This document shows, one piece after another, positions 12,214 to 25,345 of a stretch of DNA of 64,000 nt. The notes under the pieces were generated by a model. It was not told the origin of the DNA, searched no databases, and was given only the letters and a program-made list of their open reading frames with translations. The position numbers were made by a program, and so were the translations under genes. Origin of the DNA: Haliotis rufescens (Eukaryota); contig NW_025964361.1 of NCBI RefSeq assembly GCF_023055435.1, positions 33,356,001 to 33,420,000 of the forward strand. The letters are read 5' to 3'. The number at the start of each line of letters is the position of its first letter. Position 1 is the stretch's first letter.

Positions 12214-13881
12214 ACTACCTTTTACATCAAGTACTACCCTTTACATCAAGTACTACCCTATATATCAAGTACTACCCTTTCTATCAAGTACACCCTTTCT
12301 ATCAAGTACTACCCTTTATATCAAGTACACCCTTTATATCAAAGTACACCCTCTGTCAAGTACTACCCTTTATATCAAAGTACACCCTCTATGTCAAGTA
12401 CTACCCTTTACATCAAGTACTACCCTTTACATCAAGTACTACCCTATATATCAAGTACTACCCTTTCTATCAAGTACACCCTTTCTATCAAGTACTACCC
12501 TTTCTATCAAGTACTACCCTTAATATCAAGTACTACCCTTAATATCAAGTACTACCCTTAATATCAAGTACTACCCTTTACATCAAGTACTACCCTTTAC
12601 ATCAAGTACTACCCTTTATATCAAGTACTACCCTTTCTATCAAGTACTACCCTTTCTATCAAGTACTACCCTTTCTATCAAGTACACCCTTTCTATCAAG
12701 TACTACCCTTTCTATCAAGTACTACCCTTAATATCAAGTACTACCCTTAATATCAAGTACTACCCTTTACATCAAGTACTACCCTTTCTATCAAGTACAC
12801 CCTTTCTATCAAGTACTACCCTTTATATCAAGTACACCCTTTATATCAAGTACTACCCTTTATATCAAGTACTACCCTTTACATCAAGTACTACCCTTTA
12901 TATCAAGTACACCCTTTCTATCAAGTACTACCCTTTATATCAAGTACACCCTTTATATCAAGTACACCCTTTATATCAAAGTACACCCTCTGTCAAGTAC
13001 TACCCTTTATATCAAAGTACACCCTCTATATCAAGTACTACCCTTTATACAAAAATACACCCTTTATATCAAGTACTACTCTTTATATCAAGTACACCCT
13101 TTATATCAAGAACTACCATTTATATCAAGTACACCCTTTATATCAAGCACTACCCTTTATATCAAGAACTACCATTTATATCAAGTTCTACCATTTATAT
13201 CAAGTACACCCTTTTTATCAAGTACTTCCCTTTGTATCAAAGTACTACCCTTTATATCAAGTGCACTCTTTATATCAAGTACTACCATTTATATCAAGTA
13301 CACCCTTTATATCAGTACTACCCTTTTTATCAAGTACACCCTTTATATCAAAGTACACCCTCTTTATCAAAGTACACCCTTTATATCAAGTACTACCCTT
13401 TCTATCAAGTACTACCGTTAATATCAAGTACACCCTTTATATCAAGTACACCCTTTATATCAAGAACTACCATTTATATCAAGTACACCCTTCATATCAA
13501 GTACTACCCTTTATATCAAGTACACCCTTTATATCAAGTACTACCCTTTATATCAAGTACACCCTTTATATCAAGTACACCCGTTATATTAAGTACACCC
13601 TTTATATCAAGTACACCCTTTATATCAAGTACTACCCTTTCTATCAAGTACTACCCTTAATATCAAGTACTACCCTTAATATCAAGTACACCCTTTATAT
13701 CAAGTACATCCTTTATATCAAGTACACCCTTTCTATCAAAGTACTACCCTATAAATCAAGTACTACCCTTTATATCAAGTACACATTTTATATCAAAGTA
13801 CTACCCTTTAAATCAAGTACTACCCTTTATATCAAGTACACCCTTTATATCAAGTACACATTTTATATCAAGTACACCCTT
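12214..13881. repeat. 18/19-bp minisatellite (atcaagtac[t]accctttat)n
   Basis: Direct tandem repetition over ~1.67 kb. Confidence 0.95.
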
Positions 13882-13909
13882 TGTTCACTTCTTTAAGCAA
13901 CTTCTTGTC

Positions 13910-14035
13910 AAGCAAGACATGGGTATAAGGATCTATACCGAAACGTTTCCTTTACAGTATTAAAGAAGTTGTTATCCATAAATTGTGACTACTTTGTCTT
14001 CCATCAACTTCTAAGTAGTGCCTATCAAACAATTC
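13910..14035 (+). mobile_element. Single-arm fragment of a Penelope-type small element
   Basis: GGTATA-loop-TATACC GAAACG, taaagaagttgttatccataa and a caacttcta...gcctatcaaac tail shared with the copies at 20008, 49105 and 58605. Confidence 0.6.
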
Positions 14036-14273
14036 AGGTATTAATTTCTTAAAAATGCCTATCCCATGGGTCTGAAAATGCCCTTATCAAACCTTGTCCT
14101 TTCACTTAAAACCGTTAATTTTGGTCTTATCAGTTTAGGCTGTGCCTGCTCATCCTTAAAAAGCGTTTCCAGATACAGAAACATGTTCCTATTAAGACAA
14201 ACAAGTGATGAAGTGCATGACAAACACAACACCACACAACACCTGTAATAAGTAACTAGTCCCAAGGGTGAAT

Positions 14274-14454
14274 AGGGCGGTCGGGTAGCCCAGTGGTTAA
14301 AGCGTTCGCTCGTCACGCCGAAGACCCGGGTTCGATTCCCGACATGGGTACAATGTGTGAAGCCCATTTCTGGTGTCCCCCGCCGTGATATTGCTGGAAT
14401 ATTGCTAAAAGCGGCGTAAAACCATACGCACTCACGCACTCACTCACTCACTCA
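14274..14454 (+). mobile_element. tRNA(Asp-like)-derived SINE family A
   Basis: A box TAGCCCAGTGG, GTC anticodon-like loop, B box GGTTCGATTCC, (tcac)n tail, 13-bp TSD cccaagggtgaat. Confidence 0.92.
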
Positions 14455-14603
14455 CCCAAGGGTGAATCATAGATAAGGAAGACTAACAAACGAAATGAAA
14501 TGCATTTGCAAAGGTGTACGACCCAATTCTGATACCCGCTGGTAAATATTAGCATACAAGATACATGTAGTTATATAAGGGTTCTTTGTTTCAGATACTC
14601 GCT

Positions 14604-15248
14604 ATGGCTTTTCACGTGAGTGCACTTCTCTTGGTGACAGTCATTGGACTAGCAAAGTCTGCCGATTTGGAATTTCACAAGAGACCCGAATGGTCGTACC
14701 AGACAGAAATAGATTCCGACATCGAGATCCACTGCAACGACACTGATGCCCTTGTGCAACCTGGCGACGTGGTTAAATGGCACTCGCCGAAAGGTATGGA
14801 AATCATGACGAGCAGTGACAAGTACCGCTTGTCAGACACAGGGACGGTTCCCGGAATCACGCTAATGGTCAAGAAAATACAGAATGAAGACAGTGGCGTC
14901 TACCTCTGCATGGTTCACAGAAGTTCGGTTTTTGTCCAAAAGATCAACCGTGCAATCAACTTATATCAACCCACAGTTCGGGACAAGTTCGACATTTACC
15001 GGAACAACGTCATGGTTGGCGGTATTGCAGCTGCCGTCTTCTGCGTGCCGCTTGTTTTGATGTGCGCTATCTACAAGTGTCGCTACAAGAGCAACGAAGA
15101 GCAGGATGCGTCGAAACATGCCAAGTATATGCTGAGAAGACAGCGTGACGCTGAGGCGGGAGATATTCCCCAGAAATTTGCTCCCCAGAACGGCGCCACC
15201 GCCTATGATAATCCAAGTTTCATAGAAGCCGAATCCACACATCTGTAA
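14604..15248 (+). CDS. Single-Ig-domain type I membrane protein, paralog 1 (214 aa)
   Basis: Acceptor tttgtttcAG at 14594; signal peptide MAFHVSALLLVTVIGLAKS; Ig marks IHC..VKW..EDSGVYLC; TM VMVGGIAAAVFCVPLVLMCAIY; tail AYDNPSF; C-terminus STHL. Confidence 0.9.
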   Translation: MAFHVSALLLVTVIGLAKSADLEFHKRPEWSYQTEIDSDIEIHCNDTDALVQPGDVVKWHSPKGMEIMTSSDKYRLSDTGTVPGITLMVKKIQNEDSGVYLCMVHRSSVFVQKINRAINLYQPTVRDKFDIYRNNVMVGGIAAAVFCVPLVLMCAIYKCRYKSNEEQDASKHAKYMLRRQRDAEAGDIPQKFAPQNGATAYDNPSFIEAESTHL

Positions 15249-16300
15249 ATAACAACAATAACTACGCCGCCCCACTACTTCTGAGCCTTAACATGTAGTG
15301 TCACCAGGATATTATACTTGATACATGTCATATCAAAAAGGGTTTTAAAGCAAACTCGAAGAGAAGCCTTTTGTCATCTTGCGTGGTCTATTACTGGCAT
15401 AGATTAGGGGAGGGAAGAAAGGCGCTAGACTTGCAAGGGATTCTTTCGACTTTATACATTTTAAAATTCTTCGTAATTTTTACCCTTACTCTTTTTACCA
15501 TGATATGATGTACCATTTTTTGTTTAATCGAAAGTATATTTTTGGTATCTTATTTTTTGTAGTTTTTCAACTTAGTATCCGACTTTATATACAGCTTTCA
15601 GTATTTAACCTTTTTCGTATTAATATCTGCTTTATACACCCTACTTGTCGAGTAAAATTGTACTGTCTGTGTACCACGTCTATAACTAGTGTTGGTATTG
15701 GTGCTTTCTCTTGAGAGACTTCAAGAGAGACATTTCCCTGCAACCCGAAACACGTTGAGAAGTATAATGTTACTTACTTGTATGTTTTTTCGAGTGTTTT
15801 TTTCTTATCACTGTATCCAATATACGTCCACTTAGAAATGTACATCTACTTTCGTCAATAAATCGCAAGAGATTCCGTGACATTTGATTGGCTAAGCAAG
15901 CAATATGTTTTGTGGATATGTTTTCATAAACCAAAACAAGTCCATGCCCATGAACGGACTACTGGTTAATTATTGCTGATAGTAGAAAGGGCGATCTTGT
16001 GTTGCATTAGGCGCTGAAATATCTCATTGATTTCGTATTGCTGTCTCAGTTTTGGTGGTTATCGATGTAATAAGCAGTCTGTGAAACTATTATTTTTGAC
16101 GTATATATTTACATGAATTTGCTTCAATATTTTTTTGCGTTTGTGTAGTTATGAATGTAAAGACCTGTTCTCATTTTGCTTAAACTACACGGATTTACTC
16201 AGTGTGTATACCGATATACCCCCACGAACGCAACAAATATTGAAGTAAATTCGTCAATAATCTTTTACAATATACTTGAATCTCACGCATAATAGCATGA

Positions 16301-16600
16301 CATTATTATCCACTGCCGCGGGGGAAAAGGGAACGGATTTCGTCCGTCTGTCCCTCCGTCCGATTCTCAAAGGGGGCAAAGTTTCTCAAAAACTATTTCA
16401 GTCCGAGAAATGAAAGTGTACACACTGATGTAACTGGTCATAATCTCAAAAGAATTCGAAATTTGGTGTCGTAAATTCTTTTGTTACAGAGTTATGGCCC
16501 TTGCTCCGTGCTCTTCAACTTAGTGCATACTGCGTGAAAAGGGGGCAAGTTTTCTCAGAAACAACTTAAGTTACATGAATGAAAGTTTGCATACCTATCC
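16301..16600 (+). mobile_element. DINE-1/HINE (Helentron-associated)-like fragment
   Basis: ttattatcc start, (gtcc)n microsatellite cgtccgtctgtccctccgtccg, agagttatggcccttg motif and an internal repeat (ggggcaa.gtttctca.aaac). Confidence 0.45.
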
Positions 16601-17611
16601 TAGGTTGTCTGTGGAGGCTTCTGTAAAATGGGAAGCACGTGTTCGTATGTTATTGTTCCTAAAGGGTTCCTGGAAGTCTCAACAATATTAGTCTGTGACG
16701 TTTGTTTTCATCTCTTCACCCATCATGTCCTACTACATTCTTGTCCAACAAATCAAATACCTTCTTGCTTTCGTGACCACTCGTCGCATTCCGGCACAAG
16801 CCGAATGGCTTCTTGCAGCATTCGTCATCCACTCGTGTCTTTCCGGGAGACTTGCTTTTCATTTATGACCACCGCTCGTGTCTTTCCTGGACAAGCGGAA
16901 TGACTACTCGCGGAATGGCACGAATGTTACGGAAAGCTTACGGAGAGATACGAGGTGGCGGATAAATACGAAATGTGACTAAAACTGACTTGTTCTCGGC
17001 ACTATAAAACTGCGAACGTGCACACGTCTATGTTAAAGTAGATATATATACGAGTTAACGTTGCCCTCCTGGGGATTGTGTGTTGAAGGGAACCCAGTTT
17101 CCCCCGGGGTTGTTTTCCTCTGTACTATCCTAAATAGGTTCATTCTTGCCATCACATATTTCAGTGTAGTGCATTGAAATGTTTAATAATTCGATATTAG
17201 GTTGTGTGTATTGTATAGATAATGCAATAAATATCTTGCTTAAAAATATATACATGAGTCTTTATTTATTTATATCGTATGATAAACAACGACCTCGATC
17301 GAGTCGATTATTTATAAATACAGCTATCTCGAATTCAAGGTGAAGGATATATTTCCAAGTGTCCTTCAGCTTGTGGAGATTCCTGGTTACATACATCCGT
17401 GAATTGCTCATACATTTTAGAATCAAATGACAAATGCTCTTTGTCACCAAAACAAAGTATCTACATTTAATCAAGCGAAATAGGTTTAAATGGGAAAACG
17501 AACTCTGTGCTCGGCCCTTGTTTGAAATGAAAACAAAGAAAAATTCAGAATTTACACTGCGTAGCACTTTCTCCTATTTTGAGCTATCCATTCGTCTATG
17601 CGTTGCATACT

Positions 17612-17737
17612 TTGCTTGTTTGTTTGTTGTTTAACGCCGCACTCAGCAATATTCCAGCAATATGACGGCGGTCTGTAAATAATCGAATCTGGGCCAGATA
17701 ATCCAGTAATCGACATCATGAGCATCGATCTACGCAT
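17612..17737 (-). mobile_element. 3' portion of SINE family C
   Basis: Tail near-identical to 2900-3020. Confidence 0.85.
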
Positions 17738-20007
17738 GAGAAGAGAATCGCATCAAGAATTAGGGATTAAACTCAGATACATTGCAATGATTTAGCAAAT
17801 TCAACAGACATTGTCAAAGTTTCCATCATGTGTGACGTCATGACTGATGCAAAATCACACACAACGACTATCTCTCTTGGTTACAATGAAAATATTAAAA
17901 ACAAATATAACAGTACACAGATTGTCGGAATGTTTCTGATGACTTTCATGTCACATTTATGTACAAACGATCCCTGAATCAACGAAAGTCGCCTTGTGAA
18001 ATCCCGTGTAGTTATCAGTGAACACGCCATTTTGTAAAAGTCGGTCTCCAGTAGTGATGTCATACGCCAACAATATATACGTAGATATAATAGACCCAAA
18101 AAGTGTATGAACCTTTGATATTATCCTGTTTGTTTGCACAATGTTTACATAAGAAATTGGCAAGTTCCATGTGTCGTATACGATATTTCTTTCCTTTAGA
18201 CAAGTGTTAGAAGATGACATGTAAATGTTACTGCAACATGTAAGTATTTCTTGGTGTGTAATAATAAATATTGTAATTTCATAAAAACAGGTTAATGCAA
18301 AGCCGTTTCATTTTATTTTAAAACTAACACTGAATATATTACGTTAACAAAATGGATAATATTTTTGTTAAATATACATGTACACAGTTTTAGAATAATA
18401 ATTATTGTCTTGGTCTTGGAATATGTTTTACGTCGTTTGATAGACAGTACGGCGATGTCAGGGATTCGCCAGGAGCGTCTTAGTCACAAAGCGTTTAAGA
18501 ATTATTCCTCTCGTTTTGTGTAATATGAACAATGGATTCACCCTATTAAAAATATTGTGATCACAGGATATTAAACTGTCATCTGAATATCTCCAAGAAT
18601 TGTAAAGTATGAAAAATATCAATTGTGCCATGTACCCCGTTGGTCGAACCTTATGCGAATATCCTGATCATTCTATACCACAGGAGCTTCCTTCGCATCT
18701 TTTGTTGTATAATTTTGTGACGAGATGATGAGAAATAATCACATTATACCAAAAAAAATAATACATGTCCAATATCGAAAATATTTTTGTTGGGTATTTG
18801 ATTACGTAAAATTGATGCCAAACAGGTGCGTGTCTTGTCCAATTAAGATACTCGGTAAAACTATCGAATTGTTTATCTTTTCAAGACATTTTTTACAAGG
18901 TAAAAGCAATCATTTTATGTCGTGTCGAAAAGGGTCAAATTGAGTTTTACACATCGAGATTTTCCATACCATAAACGAAAATTAGGTGAGATAGATATTA
19001 ATCAAAATACCAATGACTCTTACGTCGTCAAAGATATGAAACCAGCCATGACGTCAAATAAACTGGTGTAAATGTTTTAGTAATTCTTTACATTTGATGA
19101 CTAGGCTAGTGCTTCATTAATAATGGTGCAACATTAATCAAATTACACTAACACAATCGGGAGACTGTTGGAAGCTGAGGAGTAATGTATACGTTACATA
19201 GGGCCATCCATTTCGCTATTACTTCCTTTTTTATGAAGTACGATTTCATCAATTTCTTATGTTTTGTTTTATACCTAAATTATTCAGTTTCAATATCGAT
19301 ATATGTGTTGGAATAGTCTGGTTCCTAGAGAACACAATATCACGAAAATATATTTTCCTTATCCACATCAAATTATCACCAAGTGACCCGAGTTACAATC
19401 TACTAGTGCTAAGCATAGCGGAGTTATGCCCCCTTCTCTTTGTACGTGTGTAGCGCTCTGTCGTCTTTTGACGTCATAGAGGAAAATCAGTTTTCATCAT
19501 TTACGGCAAGCTATTTGTTGATAGGAAATAGGAAATTTAATATTCTACATATTTGTATTGTATATTCGCTTTACTTTTCAGATCTTAGGGAAATGTGCGT
19601 CAGAAAAATAATTCGGCATCCAGTGGGATAGTTAGTATAAGCTGGATATATTAATAGTACACGATATTCAGTCTTCTCCACAGAAATTGCATAAACTATC
19701 AGTAAAAGCATGATCACTAGACATTCTATATTTGTGTATTATAAAACAAGTTGAACAACATCTAAATCTTGCAAGAGCTCTTCTTAAATTTACAGTCTTA
19801 ATTGATGACAGATATTGTTCAGATTGTAATAGAATTTGTAGGTGCAATATAAATCCAGCCTTGGTGAATTAGATATACAGTCTGACCATTCTTGCACAAA
19901 CCTATCTCCTGTTCTTTTTGCTTTAATGAATAAATAAAAGCATCACAGACTCCGACATCTTGCATCAACCATACATTACTATAGTATACGTCTACATAAT
20001 CAAAGCT

Positions 20008-20295
20008 AAGACAAAATTGTTATGGATGAGCAACTTCTTTATTACAATTGGGCGACGTTTCGGTGTAGATTCTAACACCATTATCAAGCATATGATGTAC
20101 AAACTAGGTATGAGCATGATATATATACATAACAATAGATAGATGTTTATATAACAGATAAGGTTGATGTACACTGATTGATTAGGTAGTTATGATAAGA
20201 CCGAAACGTCGCCCAATTGAAATAAAGAAGTTGCTCATCCATAACAATTTTGTCTTAATTACCATTCCAACTTCTAAATGCCACTCAAAGAATTT
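20008..20295 (+). mobile_element. Penelope-type non-autonomous foldback element
   Basis: 57-bp inverted arms (20008-20064 / 20200-20256), ~39-nt unpaired 3' tail, 12-bp TSD ataatcaaagct. Confidence 0.75.
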
Positions 20296-20465
20296 ATAAT
20301 CAAAGCTGGCACACGACAGCGTATACCGACGTGGAGCAGGTAAATCAGTAATTACTAGTGTGTTATTTCAGCTAGTTGTCCTTTTGATGTGCAAATTCGA
20401 CAAGAACGTGTATTCATGGTCCATTTCTATTATTTGGAACACATCTTAGATGTTTTCAAGAGTAG

Positions 20466-20780
20466 GCTTGGGTGTGGTAGCCCAGTGGTTACAGCGTTCG
20501 TTCGTCACATCAAATACCCGGGTTCGTTTCTGTACATTCTGGGACGATCGGGTAGCCAAGTGGTTAAAGCGTTCGCTCGTCACGCCGAAGACCCGGGTTC
20601 GATTCGCGATATGGGTACAATGTGTGAAGCTCATTTCTGGTGTCCCCCGCCGTGATATTGCTGGAATAAACCATAGTCACTCACTCACTTTTGTACATTC
20701 TATGCAGCTGATCCCCGGTGTTCCCTTTCATAATGTTAGGATATTTCTAAAAGTTGCACAAAACCCTCCTTACTCTCTTA
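20466..20780 (+). mobile_element. Young family A SINE (20541-20691) nested in an older family A copy
   Basis: TSD tgtacattct (20531-20540, 20692-20701); the older head precedes and the older body/tail follows. Confidence 0.8.
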
Positions 20781-21462
20781 TGTTTCTCAAATTGGATATA
20801 AATAGTTTATACAAACAACGATGGTTAATAATCGCAAGTACCTGTTGATTTTTAGATCCTTAGCTTTCAATCCCCAATTCATTCGATTCGAAGCTAGTCT
20901 ACCTCAGATTTACCCTAGCGGAGAAGGGAGCTAATGTCAAACTGAAACACAAGGGCACCGAATGCTTTTGTACACCTGAAAGCATATTATACTGCCGCTT
21001 CTTCTGAAAAAAACATATAACAATTAAAGGCTAATCAAAATACAGACTTACATAGACCTCTGTTTAATTATTTGTATCGTAAATAAAATTGTTTAAGGTC
21101 ATATTTAAATGAAATGTGACATTTTGCAAGATTACGTCTTTCCCAAGACACAATGAAAAACCATGAAGGTTCTGATTATTATCAGATCTTTTACCTCGAC
21201 ACGATACCCGTGAGTGAATATTTGACGACACTAAGCGGGTCGCGTCAGTTGCGGCTTCTAAAGTCCTCGGCAAAATAAAGCAGCGTGCCATTATATTGTT
21301 GTGGATATGTTAAACGCCATCGTTTCTGAATGACATTGTATCTAGAGCCAAAAGGGAGCTGGGTCGAAGGAATATGTGTGTTGTGGGTCGACTTTTATTT
21401 GTACAAATCGAAATGACTGAATCGAGCTGGACGGATACACTAGTGGCTGATACAAGAAACGA

Positions 21463-21671
21463 ATGTCATGGAATGTCCATTGTTTAGTCATCAGCGTGAA
21501 ATTATGTTAAACAGCCTTAAAAATATTGTTCATAACATACCTATTGATGTACACTTACTGTTACACGGCAATGCAGATCACGTTGTTACAGAAAATGAAG
21601 CTATATTTAAGGCAGTACAACATTATATATGTACAACTAAAAGATTCGTGTAAAGAACTGTTAATTCAACA

Positions 21672-21753
<82 letters not shown>

Positions 21754-21898
21754 TATAGTGTTTTATGTTTTATGCAAATATATTGAATTTGAAATTGTGA
21801 ATATTTTGTAAATACCAGGGAGAGGGCATTCTAAGTTGGAAGACCTTGTCCCCAAATCCCGTTCACTCCTTGTGAATAAATATGTTTAAAACAAAAAA
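21463..21898 (+). mobile_element. 5'-truncated LINE (ORF2 C-terminus plus 3' UTR, CR1-like)
   Basis: ECPLF...R..ML...LLLHG....EN..IF.AV..YI..TKRF C-terminus; 3' UTR ending aataaatatgtttaaaac; 11-bp TSD acaagaaacga (21452-21462, 21899-21909). Confidence 0.75.
21675..21750. repeat. (TC)n microsatellite in the LINE 3' UTR
   Basis: Direct reading. Confidence 0.97.
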
Positions 21899-22077
21899 AC
21901 AAGAAACGATCGGGGTTCGATGCCACACAATCAGGCAAATCACCCCACCTAATAAGATAAATAATGTGATTTTATACCATTTTAATCATCAAAATTAATA
22001 GAGGTCTGTGATGGTATTCCGCGTTCAATTACTCCATATACGACTGTTTCAAATCCCTTATGTCAATATAGACCTTA

Positions 22078-22175
22078 CTCTCGTGGGGATTCCGAATCAG
22101 GATAGGTCCCCATCAACCTATGCTTGTCGTAAGATGCGACCAAATGGATCGGGTGGTCAGGTTCGCTGATTTGAT
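22078..22175 (+). mobile_element. 5' portion of a family C variant
   Basis: cgtggggattcc...ggtccccatcaacctatgcttgtcgtaagatgcgac...ggatcgggtggtcagg. Confidence 0.75.
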
Positions 22176-22319
22176 TAATTTGCCTTAGACCTTATAGGTG
22201 GCGAAAAGTTTCTGGACAGGTATTTTAAACAGTTTTGGATATTATTGTAATGCCCAAATATGTTTGACAAATTTGTTTTTAAATAGAATATTGTATTCCT
22301 GACTCACTTGTGTATACAT

Positions 22320-22386
22320 CAACTTGTTCTCGTCGCTATATGGCTGAAATAATGACGATGCGGCGTTAAATTTTAACTCACTCACT
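22320..22386 (+). mobile_element. SINE/LINE 3' tail variant (family D)
   Basis: ctcgtcgctatatggctgaaataatgacgatgcggcgttaaattttaactcactcact. Confidence 0.6.
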
Positions 22387-22715
22387 AACTGGAGCGAGAA
22401 CCCAGGTCCTCCCGTAGACCAGAAATTCTCGCAAAATGCCATCTATGTTGCATTACACCAGTTGATAACCAACCATGTTTCTTCTATGTATTATTGAAGG
22501 AGATGACAGTCCAGCCAATCAGAGACCAGGTAATATATTGGCTTCCGGAACAGCCAAGACATGATGCCACAAAGACTAAATACGTTGCAGGTGATAGCAG
22601 TTAAATGGTTATGAATAATCAAACAGATCAAGACAGCCATAAGATGTAAGGTAAGGCTGACATGGGCACAACCCAGGCCACTGAAGCATGAAGCAATATA
22701 GATTCATTACCCCAT

Positions 22716-22852
22716 GGGGCGGTCGGGTAGCCTAGTGGTTAAAGCGTTCGCTCGTCACGCCGAAGACCCGGGTTCAATTCCCGACATGGGTACAATGTGT
22801 GAAGCCCATTTCTGATGTCTCCCGCCGTGATATTGCTGGAATATTCACTCAC
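22716..22852 (+). mobile_element. SINE family A with shortened tail
   Basis: 12-bp TSD tcattaccccat. Confidence 0.9.
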
Positions 22853-22884
22853 TCATTACCCCATACCCAAATTCGTTTTGTTTT

Positions 22885-23120
22885 TTTGTTTGTTGTTTAA
22901 CGCCACACTCAGCAATATTCCAGCTATATGACGGCGGTCTGTAAATAATCGAGACTGGACCAGACAATCCAGTGACTGATATCATGAGCATCGATCCGTG
23001 CAATTAGGATACGATGACCTGCATCAACCAAATCAGCGAGCCTGACCACATGATCCCGTTTTTGCTTCTTACGTCAAACATTGTCGCCTTTTACGGCAAG
23101 CACTGGTTGTGGAAGACCCA
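22885..23120 (-). mobile_element. SINE family C
   Basis: Aligns with 2900-3140. Confidence 0.85.
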
Positions 23121-23449
23121 CATTCATACATTTGTCATAACTGGGTGCTGGACCTTCCCTGCTGGGTCTACAAATGTACGCTGTACAAACTGGCTACATA
23201 TACTGAAACAGTTTTTAATCTATATGCCCATCTTAAACTTCATCACCTAACTCTGAATAAGTTTACTGAATTTCATTGATAGTGAACTTCGTCAAATGAT
23301 TCAAAATCGAAAGCCACCAAAACAGGTTGGGTTTTTTAAAAAAAGATTGCGCCACTCATGAAATCACCAACGATTTTTGTTGTTGATCTGGAATCAGTAT
23401 TCAAAGTTCAGTATCCTTTCCTTCTCAGGTTGCGGGCATCCTCTAAGAT

Positions 23450-23690
23450 GCCTGTGCAGAGTTGTGTCCCTTGGGCATGCCAGAAACCTATGATTGTTGA
23501 CTCGAATCCCAGTTCGCCCCGATTATGTTTCTAGGTTTGTCAGTACCATACCCCTGCTTGTGGGTTTAACCCAAGGCAGTAAACATCTGAGACCTGCATC
23601 ATTTTGGGCTTAACTCCCACATCAAGCTGATATACCATGATATGAGGGAATACTGTTCAAAGCTATGTAAAACCAAACTCGCTCTTTCAC
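23450..23690 (+). mobile_element. 5'-truncated SINE family B
   Basis: ctgtgcagagttgtgtcccttgggcatgccagaaacctatga...; aligns with 44300-44530. Confidence 0.85.
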
Positions 23691-24594
23691 CAGTCTGATG
23701 CAGTGTTAAACTTTATCTAACTCACATATTGCTGAAGTGACGTAAATTTTATCTCACTCACTCACTCTGGCCATAGATGTATGATGCATGCTTGTTGAGG
23801 TTCAGTCATAATGGAATGGAATAGGGACTGTTACTTTAGCACACAGGAGGACTGTTTCATTAGCATGGAGTAGGGCTTTTCCCTTAAACAAATAGTACAA
23901 ACTTTAACCAGCATAGAATAAGGATTGTCACTGACACTTTCAAGAAGTAAATACCGGTAATGACATATAGTTTCTGTTGGAGGTTGAAAGTACCCCATTA
24001 GTTTACAAATGCCTAACTTTAATCAATTAAACTTATTTACATATTGTGTTGAACATTTTCTCCTATTCCAAGATGATATCATATTTACAACCAAGGTCCA
24101 TTCTGATCAAGGTTGCCAGCAGAGTGAGGACACTGTGTGGATAATCTATATATCTTCAAGGCTGTTGCGAGTTGAAGTGCTGAGAGAGGCCCTAGAGCAC
24201 CTGCAACATACTGCCGATGTTGACACTACCTGAACAATATTATTCCCCACAGTGTTTGTACAAGCGTGTTCATGTCCTGGCACAATTCTGAAATACTAAA
24301 CTCGGTACACGTGAGAGTAAATATACACAGCCCAGATTCAAGCTATATGGCTGGTCTCACCTGTCGACAGGTGTAATTTATTATGCAGCTCTACTGATGA
24401 TACATACAACCTGGTGTCTCCTGGATGTTCCGTGACCTCGTACACATTAGATCTACATGGCTCAGTCTATTGTGTGAGGGTGCTCAGATAAGCTTTCTTA
24501 TATCTTGGTTGGGATTTAGAGATATTCACAAGTAACATTTGCTCAAACATGTGATTAGTTTGTTTTGGATTGATTTGTCTAATGACATGTTCCC

Positions 24595-25345
24595 ATCCTT
24601 CCTCAAAGCACCCAACCATTCCTCAACCCACCCTGCCCTTACTCAATCCATCCCACTCTTTCCTCAATCCACCCCTGCTCTTCCTCCATCCATCCAACTC
24701 CTTCCTCAATCCACCCCACCCATTCCTCAATCCACCCCTCCTTCCTCAATCCACCCTACTCCTTCTTCACTCCACCCCACTCCTTCCTCAATCCACCCTA
24801 TCCCTTCCTCACTCCACCCCACTCCCTCCTCAATCCACCCCACCCCTTTCTCAATCCACCCCACCCATTCCTCAATCCACCCTACTCCTTCCTCAATCCA
24901 CCCTACTCCTTCCTCAATCCACCCTCCTCCTTCCTCACTCAACCTCAACCCTTCCTCAATCCATCCACCCCTTCCTCAATCCACCCCACCCCTTTCTCAA
25001 TCCACCCCACCCATTCCTCACACCAAATCACCCCTTCCTCAATCCCTTGCAAATTCTGCAGTTGAATAAAATCTGCACTGCACTTTACAAACCGGATGTC
25101 TATTTTGATTGGACTATGCATAGACTCATTAGTCTAACCAAAATATAACTCCTAAATTCTAGGCCAATTTGGCAAGGGTGGAAACTAGACTTTATAGTCT
25201 GATAACCCTGTTGCCTCAGGAAGATGCCCCTCATCTTCCTCAATCCACCCCAACCCCTTGCTAACTCCACCCCCAAACCAATCCACCCCACCCCTACCTC
25301 ACTCCATCCTAACCCCACCAACACCCCTTCCCCACCCCCACCCAA
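24595..25345. repeat. C-rich ~21-bp minisatellite (ccttcctcaatccacccYact), interrupted by an M1-type TIR fragment at 25157-25226
   Basis: Direct reading. Confidence 0.85.

Noticed and set aside
12205-13896. Tyr/Ser-rich ORFs, and the possibility of a CRISPR array here or in other arrays
   Set aside because: Head-to-tail repeats without unique spacers; eukaryotic context; no cas genes.
14274-14345. tRNA-Asp gene (and other family A/B heads)
   Set aside because: Acceptor stem not intact; continues into SINE body, tail and TSD.
24539-25148. Pro/Ser-rich mucin- or extensin-like ORFs
   Set aside because: C-rich minisatellite open in several frames; no signal peptide or splice support.
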